Part shown: positions 37,881 through 49,699 of the stretch, in pieces
Position numbering within the stretch: the first letter of the stretch is position 1
How the letters are laid out: every line of letters starts with the position of its first letter
Origin: Ranitomeya imitator
Taxonomy: Eukaryota
Assembly (NCBI RefSeq): GCF_032444005.1
Contig: NC_091284.1
Coordinates: 39,556,001-39,620,000 of the forward strand
Length of the DNA stretch: 64,000 nucleotides
Reading direction: 5' to 3'
Notes under the pieces: generated by a model
The model's database searches: none
Told to the model about the DNA's origin: nothing
Seen by the model: only the letters and a program-made list of their open reading frames with translations
Position numbers and translations under genes: made by a program

Positions 37881-38229
37881 TGAGGTAAGTGTTTGCATAA
37901 TGACCGGTTACGCATCTTCCATGTCGTAGCTGTCTTGGGTCCGTAAAGAACCCCTGACTTCCGCGTTGCAGTTTCATAAATTTGTGCCAACCGCTTACAT
38001 TCACTCGAGACTCGTGGTTAGTCCAATGCACTCACAGTTCTGCATCCCCTTATTTTAGTGACGGAGGAAGGACCTTCACCATTTATAGACATAAATGTAT
38101 GTGATGAGAGAAGCCCTAAGAAGTTGTCATAAGATTGATGCCACTTCTCCCACAGTGCACTGCACATTCTGATGATCTCACTACAATATCCACCGATCAC
38201 CAATCGAACATTATGTAGTTTCCATTCAC

Positions 38230-39100
38230 CCTGACAAAAAGAGCCTGACCCACACAGGTATGGACTTCACAAGATCTCCAAAGGTGTTCTGCAGGATCTG
38301 GCAGCAGATCCAGTAATTCCTGTAAGTTGCTCGGTACGGCCTCCATTGATCAGACTTGTTTTTGCAGCACATCCCACAGATAATCTATCATATTGAGATC
38401 TGGGGAATTTGGAGACCAAATCATCACCTGAACGTCTTCATTAGCCTGAAACCTTTTCCGCAGTGTGGCCGCAGCATTATCCTGCTGAGAGAAGGCACTG
38501 TTATTAGGGAATGACACTGCCATGAAGGTGTTTACTTGGTCTATACAATTACTAGGTAGTTGATACATGTCACATCCACGTTATTCTAGGACCCTCGATC
38601 TCCCATCAGAACATTGTCCAGATCATTACTTGGCCTCCTCTGGCTTGTCTTCTTCATTCTAGTGGATTGGTGGGGTCATCTCTTCCCCAAGTAATTTATG
38701 CACATGCACCTTGAAGTCCTTATGATGTACAAGAAAATGTGATATTCCAGACCAGGCCTCCTTCTTCCATTGCTCCATGGTCCATTTCTGAGGCTTACGT
38801 GCCCATTGTAGAACCTTTCAGAGCAGTCTTATTAGGCCTCTGACTGATCTGTGGCTACAGCAACCTGTGTCTGTTCGCACCCCTTCCAACATAGCCAGCA
38901 ACACTTTTTTTAATAGAAATATATGTGTTACAGTAGATGTTCTATGTGATAGGACCAGACAGGATAACCTTGGCTTTCCATGTGCGGTAATGAACTTTGG
39001 GCACCCATGACTCTGTCGCTGGTTCTCCAGTTATTTTTCCTCTGTCCATTAGTAATAGGTACTAACCAATTCACCCCGGGGACACAAGGCCTAATGTTCT
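38230..39100 (-). mobile_element. Degenerate Tc1-like transposase remnant
   Basis: SQQDNA...WSPNSPDLNMIDYLWDVL on the minus strand (38350-38568); boundaries approximate. Confidence 0.65.
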
Positions 39101-39603
39101 GATATAGATGCTCCATGTTTTAGTAGAAATGCTCTTTAATCTCTTCCCAACATATGGAGCAAGCTCAGGTGCTGGGCCCGCACCATATACCGCAGGTGTC
39201 AGCTGGGTTATATAGTCGGCACTTTCCACCCCTCTGACAACAAACGTTCGTATTCCCTCATTGAAAATAATTTTACGCTGCTCTGCATGTCACGTATGCC
39301 CCGCTGTCTTCTCCTCTTCAGCAGGCCTGACTCTACACCCTCGTAGGGCTACCTTCATGGGACATAATCCACTGTCACTCACTTTCCAACAGGATCAGCT
39401 CAGGTTCACGTGGCTCAATGTTGTCGTCAGTCGAGGACCGGCGTTGGGCTCCTTCTTCATGGCTGCCACTTGTGCGACCTTCCTTGAACTTCTCCTTCCA
39501 TTCCTACACACGTCTTCTCCGCAAAACACTTTCTCCATACTGTACATAAAGTCTCCGATAGATATTGTGGCCTAATCAATCATTTCTTTCTTTTCCTTCG
39601 CAG

Positions 39604-39775
39604 GTTATGTGTCTGTAAAGGATGAAGCAAGTTCTTTTTTTTCCCTCTCTCTGGAAGGAAGAGACGTAATAAAGAATTGGAGGACGCTTTCTAAATTATT
39701 ACTTTATATGTCAGATTTTCCAATGCCATTTTGTACATAATAATAGTAATAAATGTTTATAAAACTGTTTTTTTT
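39604..39775 (+). other. SMIM11: SMIM11 terminal 3'UTR exon
   Basis: Strong acceptor tttctttcttttccttcgcag| at 39603; AATAAA at 39748-39753; end approximate. Confidence 0.6.
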
Positions 39776-39999
39776 AACCACTTGTCTGCCTGATATTTAT
39801 GACTTGATGATGATTTTCTATGAACAAGGATCTATCTGAATGGTGGAAATGAAACACTACTTAAAGGGAGGGACTGCCATAAAAGAGAGTATCCTGTTCT
39901 GTAGGACAATGGACAAAGCCCCTACTCTCCACACTACCCCCTATCTTATAAAGCCGGAAGCACATACTTAAGGGGAATGTATACATAGAGGTAGATATG

Positions 40000-42672
40000 T
40001 TCAAAAAATAATGGAAGCAATGGAGAATATCCTCGTAAAGCAAATAGATGAAGCTGCGACTCAAGGAGAAGTCATTATTATGGGGGACTTCAACTACCCT
40101 GAAATAGATTGGGGAACAGAAACCTGCAGTTCCAGCAAAGATAATCGGTTTTTGACAACTATGAGAGACAATTACCTTTCACAACTGGTTCAGGACCCAA
40201 CAAGAAGGGGGGCACTGCTAGACCTAATATTAACCAACAGGCCAGACCGCATATCAAATATAAGGGTTGGGGGTCACTTGGGAAATAGCGATCACAAAAT
40301 AATAAGTTTTCATGTATCCTTTAATAAGATGTGTAATAGAGGGGTTACAAGGACACTAAATATTAGGAGGGCAAATTTCCAACGGATGAGAGAGGATCTT
40401 GGTGCAATTAAATGGGACGATATCCTGAGACACAAAAATACACAAAGAAAATGGGAGACGTTTATTAGCATCCTGGATAGGACCTGTGCACAGTATATAC
40501 CGTATGGGAATAAACATACTAGAAATAGGAGGAAACCAATCTGGCTAAATAGAGCTGTAAGGGGCGCAATAAGTGACAAAAGGAAAGCATTTAGAGAATT
40601 AAAGGAAGTAGGTAGTGAGGAGGCATTAAATAAATACAGAAAGTTAAATAAATTCTGTAAAAAGCAAATCAAGGCAGCAAAGATTGAGACAGAGACTCAT
40701 TGCCAGAGAGAGTAAAAATAATCCTAAAATATTCTTTAACTACATAAATAGTAAGAAACTAAAAAATGACAGTGTTGGCCCCCTTAAAAATAGTCTGGGT
40801 GAAATGGTGGTTGAGGATGAGGAAAAAGCCAATATGCTAAATGACTTTTTTTCATCAGTATTTACACAAGAAAATCCCATGGCAGACAAAATTACTAGTG
40901 ATAAAAATTCCCAATTAAATGTCACCTGCTTAACCCAGCAGGAAGTGCGGCGGCGTCTAAAAATCACTAAAATTGACAAATCTCCGGGCCCGGATGGGAT
41001 ACACCCCCGAGTACTGCAGGAATTAAGTACAGTCATTGATAGACCATTATTTTTAATCTTTAAAGACTCCATAATAACAGGGTCTGTACCACAGGACTGG
41101 CGTATAGCAAATGTGGTGCCAATATTCAAAAAGGGAACAAAAACTGAACTCGGAAATTACAGGCCAGTAAGCTTAACCTCTACTGTGGGTAAAATCCTGG
41201 AGGGCATTCTAAGGGATGCTATACTGGAGTATCTGAAGAGGAATAACCTCATGACCCAGTATCAGCTCGGGTTTACTAGCGACCGTTCATGTCAGACTAA
41301 TCTGATCAGCTTCAGCTTCTATGAAGAGGTAAGTTCCGGACTGGACCAAGGGAACCCAGTGGATGTAGTGTATATGGACTTTTCAAAAGCTTTTGATACG
41401 GTGCCACACAAAAGGTTGATACATAAAATGAGAATAATGGGGATAGGGGAAAATATGTGTAAGTGGGTTGAGAGCTGGCTCAGGGATAGGAAACAAAGGG
41501 TGGTTATTAATGGAGCACACTCGGACTGGGTAGCGGTTAGCAGTGGGGTACCACAGGGGTCAGTATTGGGCCCTCTTCTTTTTAACATATTTATTAATGA
41601 CCTTGTAGGGGGCATTCAGAGCAGAATTTCAATATTTGCAGGTGACACTAAACTCTGCAGGGTAATCAATACAGAGGAGGACAATTTTATATTACAGGAT
41701 GATTTATGTAAACTAGAAGCTTGGGCTGATAAATGGCAAATGAGCTTTAATGGGGATAAATGTAAGGTCATGCACTTGGGTAGAAGTAATAAGATGTATA
41801 ATTATGTGCTTAATTCTAAAACTCTGGGCAAAACCGTCAATGAAAAAGACCTGGGAGTATGGGTGGATGACAAACTCATATTCAGTGGCCAGTGTCAGGC
41901 AGCTGCTACAAAGGCAAATAAAATAATGGGATGCATTAAAAGAGGCATAGATGCTCATGAGGAGAACATAATTTTACCTCTATACAAGTCACTAGTTCGA
42001 CCACACTTAGAATACTGTGCACAGTTCTGGTCTCCGGTGTATAAGAAAGACATAGCTGAACTGGAGCGGGTGCAGAGAAGAGCGACCAAGGTTATTAGAG
42101 GACTGGGGGGTCTGCAATACCAAGATAGGTTATTACACTTGGGGCTATTTAGTTTGGAAAAACGAAGACTAAGGGGTGATCTTATCTTAATGTATAAATA
42201 TATGAGGGGACAGTACAAAGACCTTTCTGATGATCTTTTTAATCATAGACCTGAAACAGGGACAAGGGGGCATCCTCTGCGTTTGGAGGAAAAAAGGTTT
42301 AAGCATAATAACAGACGCGGATTCTTTACTGTAAGAGCAGTGAGACTATGGAACTCTCTGCTGTATGATGTTGTAATGAGTGATTCATTACTTAAATTTA
42401 AGAGGGGACTGGATACCTTTCTTGAAATGTATAATGTTACAGGGTATATACACTAGATTCCTTGATAGGGCGTTGATCCAGGGAACTAGTCTGATTGCTG
42501 TATGTGGAGTCGGGAAGGAATTTTTTTCCCCAATGTGGAGCTTACTCTTTGCCACATGGGTTTTTTTGCCTTCCTCTGGATCAACATGTTCGGGCATGTT
42601 AGGTTAGGCTATGGGGTGAACTAGATGGACTTAAAGTCTTCCTTCAACCTTAATAACTATTTAACTATGTAA
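40000..42672 (+). mobile_element. 5'-truncated CR1 LINE
   Basis: EN (GDFN, DLILTN, SDH) and RT (PQGSVLGPLLFNIFINDL) motifs; 3' tail ggtgaactagatggac...(aactat)n; frameshift near 40690 and FADD>FAGD. Confidence 0.92.
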
Positions 42673-42843
42673 TATACATTACATGCCCGAGTATACTTCC
42701 TGCCATTCCAATTTTCTACAATGCATTAGTTGGCCGGGTATTTAGGTGGGCACGTTGTTTGACTCCATAGATCACCAAGGAAAATGACCTCATTGGGGTT
42801 TTTGCAGTCGTTAATTGGCCTTATATTTGGGAATTTAGCAATA

Positions 42844-43769
42844 TTTAGCATGTAAAAGTTATGCACCCCCTGGTCAAAATTCCTGTTATTGTGAACAGTT
42901 AAAGGGAACCTGTCACCTGAATTTGGCGGGACTGGTTTTGGGTCATATGGGCGGAGTTTTGGGGTGTTTGATTCACCCTTTCCTTACCCGCTGGCTGCAT
43001 GCTGGCTGAAATATTGGATTGAAGTTCATTCTCTGTCCTCCGTAGTACACGCCTGCGCAAGGCAAGATTGCCTTGCGCAGGCGTGTACTACGGAGGACAG
43101 AGAATGAACTTCAATCCAATATTGCAGCCATCATGCAGCCAGCGGGTAAGGAAAGGGAGAATCAAACACCCCAAAACTCCGCCCATATGACCCAAAACCA
43201 GTCCCGCCAAATTCAGGTGACAGGTTCCCTTTAAGCAAGATGAAGATGAAATGTTCTCTAAAAGGCCTAAAGTTAAAGATGACACATTTCCTCTGTATTT
43301 TAGGCAAGAAAATATGTATAGCCAAGTTTTACTTTTTAAAAATTACAAAAAGGAAAATGGGCCGATGCAAAAGTTTGGGCACTCTGCATGGCTAGTACCT
43401 AGTAGCGCCCCATTTTGAAAGTATGATAGCTTGTAAACCTTTTTTGTAGCCCTACAAGAGTCTTTGAACTCTTGTTTCAGGGATTTTCATCCATTCTTCC
43501 TTGGATAATGGATGGTGTTGTGTTTGCAATTTGTTGAAGTTTCATTGAATCCATTCTTCCCTCTACCGGTGTTCTCTGTGCCATTGGCTGCAGCACAACC
43601 CTAAAGCATGCTTACAAATGTGTGCACTTTTTTTCTCCACACATACCTTTGATCATTGTGGCCAAAGAGTTCATTTTAACCTCATCGATCCACCGGACTT
43701 GTTTCCAAAATGCACAATCAAAATAATAGTAACTTTGACCAGGGGTGCCCAAACTTTTACATGCCACTC
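42844..43769. mobile_element. Non-autonomous Tc1-like element
   Basis: Degenerate TIRs gcatgtaaaagtt..gcacccc(c)tggtcaaa / tttgaccaggggtgcccaaacttttacatgccac|TA; interrupted by a Kolobok MITE. Confidence 0.6.
42903..43230. mobile_element. Fully palindromic Kolobok/T2-type MITE (TTAA TSD)
   Basis: TTAA|AGGGAACCTGTCACC...GGTGACAGGTTCCCT|TTAA; 164-bp arms meeting at 43066/43067. Confidence 0.9.
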
Positions 43770-44259
43770 TATCTAGTGCCATTAATCTGGCATCTGCTAA
43801 TCCAGAAAGTCTCATAATCCAGCGTATAGACTAAAAGCAGGTCAACTGACAATATAATAAGCCGATTGGCACTCGTTTAAAGGGAATCCATCAGCATGGT
43901 TTCACATGTGACAGTAGCGGCATGGTGGTATGGAAGCTTGTTCACTAATTTAAATGATGAGAGCTTCTAGAAGAGTTTTGATGTACAGCGAGAAATCTAA
44001 TATAGAAGTCATATGCAAACGAGGATGGAAGTGCACTGTGGGCGTGTCAGTGCACTTAAGCGGCTTCTTCCAAGTGACACGCCCCAGTGCACTTCCAGTC
44101 TAGAGGCTTCCACTAACTGTTAGGGTTTTCAATCATCAAAGCGACTACATCACATCAATGAGATTGCTGGGGCTTGTCGATGGGCTGCCATGGCAGATGG
44201 GGGACTACAGAAGACTGGTTACTGACATTATGGCCATAGGAGACCATAATATTGTCTGT

Positions 44260-45480
44260 AGACTGGAATAGTGAGAAATTGCAATACATTGCACGAGAGA
44301 TCAATCGCAGGACTAAAAACAAAGTGAAAATAAAATAAAAATACCTTTGAATCAGAACTCATTTGTCCATCCAAAAAATGTAAAAATATTAACAAAATTT
44401 AAAAAATGAATATATTATTGACTTGTTTGTAAAATGTCAATATATAATAATATAGAATGATTTAAACCCTCATACAGTAAAAGCCATAAAAAAATCAAAC
44501 TGCCAGAATTTGGGAATGTTTAGCTTGCGCAAAAAAAAAAGACTGAGAGGAGACTTCATAGCGGTCTACAAATATCGGAAGGGCTGTCACAGTGTAGCGG
44601 GGTCATCATTATTCTCATTTGCACATGGAAACACGAGAAGTAATGGAATGAAACTGAAAGGGACAAGACAGACTAGATATTAGAAAAAACTTTCCGATAG
44701 TGAGGGCGACCAATGAGTGGAACAGGCGGCCATGAGAGGTGGTGAGTTCTCCTTCAATGGAAGGCTTCACACAGAGGCTGGACAGACATCTGTCTGAGAT
44801 GGTTTAGTGACTCCTGCATTGAGCGGGGGGCTGGATACGATGACACTGGAGGTCCCTTCCAACAATCACATTCCATGATTCTCTGAATTGCTGTTTTTTT
44901 GTTTGTTGCTACACCTACAGATACAAATGCCATACAAACCGATAAAAACGCCGTATCTCACCCAACAATATCAATAAAAGCTACAGCTAACCCCGGAAAA
45001 AAAAAAAAACCCCAAGCCCTCATACCGCTCGCCTGAAAAATAAAGAGTTAAGGATCTCAGAAAATGGAGAAACTATTTTTTTCCAAAATTCAGAATTTTT
45101 ATTAAGTTTTAAAATAATAAAAATAAACAATAAATGGTTAAAAAACACAAAAAAAACTAAACAATAAAAAGATAATAAATGAAAATGATATAAAAAAATA
45201 AATGATTAAAAAAACTCAAAGATAAACAAGTCTGTCATCGCTGTGATCGCACTGTTCTCTAGCACATTACAGGGTCATTTTTACCGCACAATACACGCCA
45301 TAAAAAAAAGTTGGTATTGCATTTTTTTTTCTTTTTTATTAATTTCAAAACCGCAGGATTTTTTTTTTTCCTGTTTTTACTACATTATACGGTAAAATGA
45401 ACGGCATCAGTCAAAAAAACTACGACTGAACCCACAAAAAAAAACCCCTGTGGTAGGGCTGCGTGGTGCAAAAGTTATGG
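44260..45480. mobile_element. Non-autonomous DNA transposon remnant (piggyBac-like family), interrupted by CR1 fragment
   Basis: Shares blocks (aaccctaagccctca..., aaagttatgg.t.ctgg) with 25920-26771 and 50510-51060; boundaries approximate. Confidence 0.4.
44520..44885 (+). mobile_element. CR1 LINE 3' fragment
   Basis: ..RLRGDFIAVYKY.KG..-like end of RT plus 3'UTR homologous to 1885-2070. Confidence 0.7.
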
Positions 45481-45560
45481 TTCTGGGGAGTGGGGAGGAA
45501 GTATCAGCAAATGACCGGAGTCACGTGATTCTGGTGCGCCCTGCATCTACACTCACTTAA

Positions 45561-46371
45561 AGGGAACCTGTCACCCCGTTTTTTGAGATTGAGCTATAAA
45601 TACTGTTAAATAGGGCCTGCGCTGTGTGTTCCTATAGTGTATGTAGTGTACCCCGATTCCCCACCTATGCTGAGATATAACTTACCAAAGTCGCCGTTTT
45701 CGCCTGTCAATCAGGCTGGTCAGGTCGGGAGGGCGTGGTGACATCGCTGGTTCTTCCTCAGCTTTACGTTGGTGGCGTAGTGGCGTAGTGGTGAACAAGC
45801 AGCGCGCGATCTGCGCTGTAATCCCTTGCATCGGTGGGGGCGGCCATCTTCCTGGGGCCGCGCGTGCGCAGATCGAGTGCTCTGCTGCACGGGGCTTCAG
45901 GAAAATAGCCGCGGGATGCCGCGCGTGCGCATTAGAGATCGCGGCGGCCATTTTCCCAAAGCCGAGTTTGCATCTCGGCTTTGGGAAAATGGCCGCCGCG
46001 ATCTCTAATGCGCACGCGCGGCATCCCGCGGCCATTTTCCTGAAGCCCCGTGCAGCAGAGCACTCGATCTGCGCACGCGCGGCCCCAGGAAGATGGCCGC
46101 CCCCACCGATGCAAGGGATTACAGCGCAGATCGCGCGCTGCTTGTTCACCACTACGCCACCAACGTAAAGCTGAGGAAGAACCAGCGATGTCACCACGCC
46201 CTCCCGACCTGACCAGCCTGATTGACAGGCGAAAACGGCGACTTTGGTAAGTTATATCTCAGCATAGGTGGGGAATCGGGGTACACTACATACACTATAG
46301 GAACACACAGCGCAGGCCCTATTTAACAGTATTTATAGCTCAATCTCAAAAAACGGGGTGACAGGTTCCCT
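45561..46371. mobile_element. Palindromic Kolobok/T2-type MITE (TTAA TSD) immediately upstream of ATP5PO
   Basis: TTAA|AGGGAACCTGTCACC...|TTAA; near-perfect hairpin with 7-nt loop (45967-45973) and an 8-bp duplication in the left arm. Confidence 0.92.
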
Positions 46372-46419
46372 TTAATAATGTACTATACAGCGGAACAATA
46401 GAGCGTAGATGTTTCCAGC

Positions 46420-46620
46420 TTTGTCCTACGCATGCGCGTCTCTCAGCCAGCCTTGGTAGCGTTGTACGCATGCGTTGTGACCTCTCCTCCCAGCACTACA
46501 TTACCCGGAAGTCAATGCGCGCGTCTTGCATTACCATATTTTACGTCACCGCGCTTGACGTTCTCTGGCTCGTGGGAGGCGCCGGTTTGACCTAGACAGC
46601 GGCCGGAGGAGAAGATGGCA
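46420..46620 (+). promoter_or_regulatory. ATP5PO CpG-rich promoter with NRF1, GABP/ETS and YY1-like motifs
   Basis: ACGCATGCGC 46428-46437, ACGCATGCGT 46466-46475, CCGGAAGT 46505-46512, AAGATGGC overlapping the ATG. Confidence 0.7.
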
Positions 46621-46644
46621 GCGGCGGGCAGGATCTCCTTGAAG
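46615..46644 (+). CDS. ATP5PO: ATP synthase OSCP, exon 1 ([10 protein letters not shown])
   Basis: aagATGg context, donor AAG|GTAGAA, phase 0 into VRSFSTS; presequence-like. Confidence 0.75.
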
Positions 46645-46716
46645 GTAGAAGTGACGAGGGACAGGAGGAGAAGAGGAAGGGACGCTGGTGTGTGTGTTCC
46701 CCCCGGAGGCTGCCAT

Positions 46717-46738
46717 TACTGTCAGTGTGCTCAGCTGG

Positions 46739-46824
<86 letters not shown>

Positions 46825-46869
46825 TATATATGAAACATTGCTCAGTGACACTGCACAGATGGCGGCAGG

Positions 46870-46916
<47 letters not shown>

Positions 46917-46945
46917 CACACATAGACCAGCTGAGCACACTGACA

Positions 46946-47006
<61 letters not shown>

Positions 47007-47047
47007 CCCTGCCGCCATCTGTGCAGTGTCACTGAGCAATGTTTCAT
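46717..47047. repeat. (TG)n/(TA)n microsatellites with interleaved inverted repeats A-B-A'-B'
   Basis: A 46717-46750 / A' 46917-46948; B 46830-46872 / B' 47005-47047; each separated by a (TA)n tract. Confidence 0.9.
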
Positions 47048-48420
47048 GTTTCCATTTTTTGGGGGGGAAATTTAATTTTTTTGATCATATTTTACCGATG
47101 TGGCCAGATCCAGCCGCCCAGGAGAACAAGCATGGCGGCATTGGGGGTCTTCACACGCCCCTGCTGCCATGTTACCCTGTAGGCGCCATGTAATTACGCC
47201 AACCCCCCCGGCGATCACTGAGTGTGAATGCCACAATCTGAGGGGTTAATGGCAGCCATGGGCTGTAGCACCAATCGCTGCTGTTAGAGGCAGATGCCGG
47301 CTGTGCGATACAGCTGACATCGGCCCTGTGTGCAGCGGGCTCGGCTGCTGAGCCCGCACCGCACACTGACCTGCGCCATGACGTATATTCCCCCCCATTA
47401 TTGCTGTGGGATGTGATTATTACATGGACCGCGCTCTCTGGTAACTATATACTGATATGTTGCCCTCCAGTCCTGGGGGATAAGTGGCTGTAATTTAACA
47501 TATTTGTCATTACCGGACTTTTGACCTGGATCCGCTGTCACTGAATGGTTTCTTAGAGGAGCTAAACTTTGTAAAAGTTTTAATTTTACCATCACCTGTT
47601 TATTAGTGCTGATCAATGGTGGTGGTGAGAGGGGTAGGGTCTTAAGACCCCTATAGATTAAACATCTATGGCAGGAGTAGAGCTGTGTACGGTCAATCTC
47701 GTGGCTTGTGCAATAATTCCGGACCCTTTTTTGAGTGATCCCTGGGGGTCCTGGCTCTCTAGACACCCATCGATCTCACACGCCTTTGTAATGATTGGGG
47801 TGAAATCCGATACAGATTTGCTGACAATTTTTCATTTTTGAATGATTTCTTAAAGGGATCCTGACCCTGTCATTGGGTGTTCATTATAGAAACCGACGCG
47901 TCCCACGTTATTTGCACATCTTCGCAGCTGTCCTCGGTGCCTTTGCTGACGCCGTGACTTCTACTCCTCTGCACAGCTCTGTAATCTCCACAAGTTCCCT
48001 TTAAGATCTATTAGTTGTCAGTGCCTTACTACATCACAATAAGGCGGCCATTGACGCACATTAAGGTCACTGAAGCGCTCGCTCACCTTGAAGTGCACAG
48101 CCTGGCGGAAACTACTGCTTTTCAGTAACACAATACAATGCTCACATGCATCCGATACAGTACAGCGAGCGACAGGGGAGGTTTTTTGTTACCACTTTTT
48201 TTTATGTGGGAGAGATATTTAGAGAGAGATTCTCCGGCAATGAGATCCCTCCTTGTAATCTGTTGTTAGACGGGTCACATTCAGCCTAAGCGGGTGAAGC
48301 CTGTGGGCGGGTAAGAGAGGAAGGTTTTACATTTATTACATTTCGACCTACTCAGACATAATCTTGTATTTAGATCTAAGGTGGAAAAACATCATCTCAC
48401 CTCTGCGTCTTCTATTCCAG

Positions 48421-48471
48421 GTACGTTCCTTCAGCACAAGCGTCTCCAGACCTGTCGCCAAGTTGGTGAGG
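48421..48471 (+). CDS. ATP5PO: ATP synthase OSCP, exon 2
   Basis: ttccag|VRSFSTSVSRPVAKLVR|gtaagt, 51 nt. Confidence 0.95.
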
Positions 48472-48949
48472 GTAAGTCTACGGCGAGCCCGCCATTCTCT
48501 GCGATATGAACGGTTTTTGTTACTAATATGCTGTACCGCTAATTCTCAGTCTTCACTCCCGGGATCATGGTGGCCACTTGCTGCCCACCATGGTGAGATT
48601 TCATCACAGTGACCAAATTTGAGAAAAAAATATTTGCAAGACCCTGGTCCGGCAGCCACGTTGGTCACGCGGGACCAAAGCCCTGCAAACCTCCTCCTGT
48701 TTGTGGGCATCACCGGGGCCTCTGCTGATTTTGTAGTCTCTGTGTGTGATATACACATGACATCGCAGCTAATCAGAAGAGGCACCAGTGATACCGGCAG
48801 GTAGATGGAGACCCATAGGGCTCGGTAGTTGCTGGACCAGGGTCCTGTGAATCTTTTTTGCCCAGCTCTAATACTGGCAGTACACAGGATAAATATTTTT
48901 ATTTTTTTCTTTGCTTCGAATACTGACTAAATCTGCAGTGTGTGACTAA

Positions 48950-49696
48950 AGGTACCGTTACACTAAATGATTTACCAACGATCACGACCAGCGATACGAC
49001 CTGGCCGTGATCGTTGGTAAGTCGTAGTGTGGTCGCTGGGGAGCTGTCACACAGACAGCTCTCCAGCGACCAACGATGCCGAAGTCCCCGGGTAACCAGG
49101 GTAAACATCGGGTTACTAAGCGCAGGGCCGCGCTTAGTAACCTGATGTTTACCCTGGTTACCATTGTAAATGTAAAAAAAAAAAAACACTACATACTTAC
49201 ATTCCGGTGTCTGTCGCGTCCCTCGCCGTCAGCTTCCCTGTACTGTGTAAGCGCCGGCCGTAAAGCAGAGCGGTGACGTCACCACTGTGCTCTGCTTTAC
49301 GGCCGGCCGGCGCTGACCGTGCAGGGAAGCTGACGCCGGGGGACGCGACAGACACCGGAATGTAAGTATGTAGTGTTTTTTTTTTTTTTTTTTTTTTTTA
49401 CATTTACAATGGTAACCAGAGTAAACATTGGGTTACTAAGCGTGGCCCTGAGCTTAGTAACCCGATATTTACCCTGGTTACCAGTGAACACATCGCTGGA
49501 TCGGCGTCGATTCAGCGATGACAGCGGGTGATCAGCGACCAAATAAAGGTCCTGATCATTCGCAGCGACCAACGATCTCCCAGCAGGGGCCTGATCGTTG
49601 GTTGCTGTCACGCATAACGATTTCGTTAACGATATCGTTGCTACGTCACAAAAAGCAACGATATCATTAACGAAATCGTTATGTGTGACGGTACCT
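48950..49696. mobile_element. PIF/Harbinger MITE (AGGTACCGTYACAC TIR, TAA TSD)
   Basis: TAA at 48947-48949 and 49697-49699; internal ggtaaccagggtaaacatcgggttactaag repeats as in 12540-13209. Confidence 0.85.
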
Positions 49697-49699
49697 TAA

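Noticed and set aside
45682-46250. Mirror-image ORFs (171/126 aa) and similar ORFs at 29977-30560
   Set aside because: Artefacts of GC-rich palindromic MITEs; the same peptide appears on both strands.
46546-47047. YIYIYI/THTH ORFs
   Set aside because: Translations of dinucleotide microsatellites.
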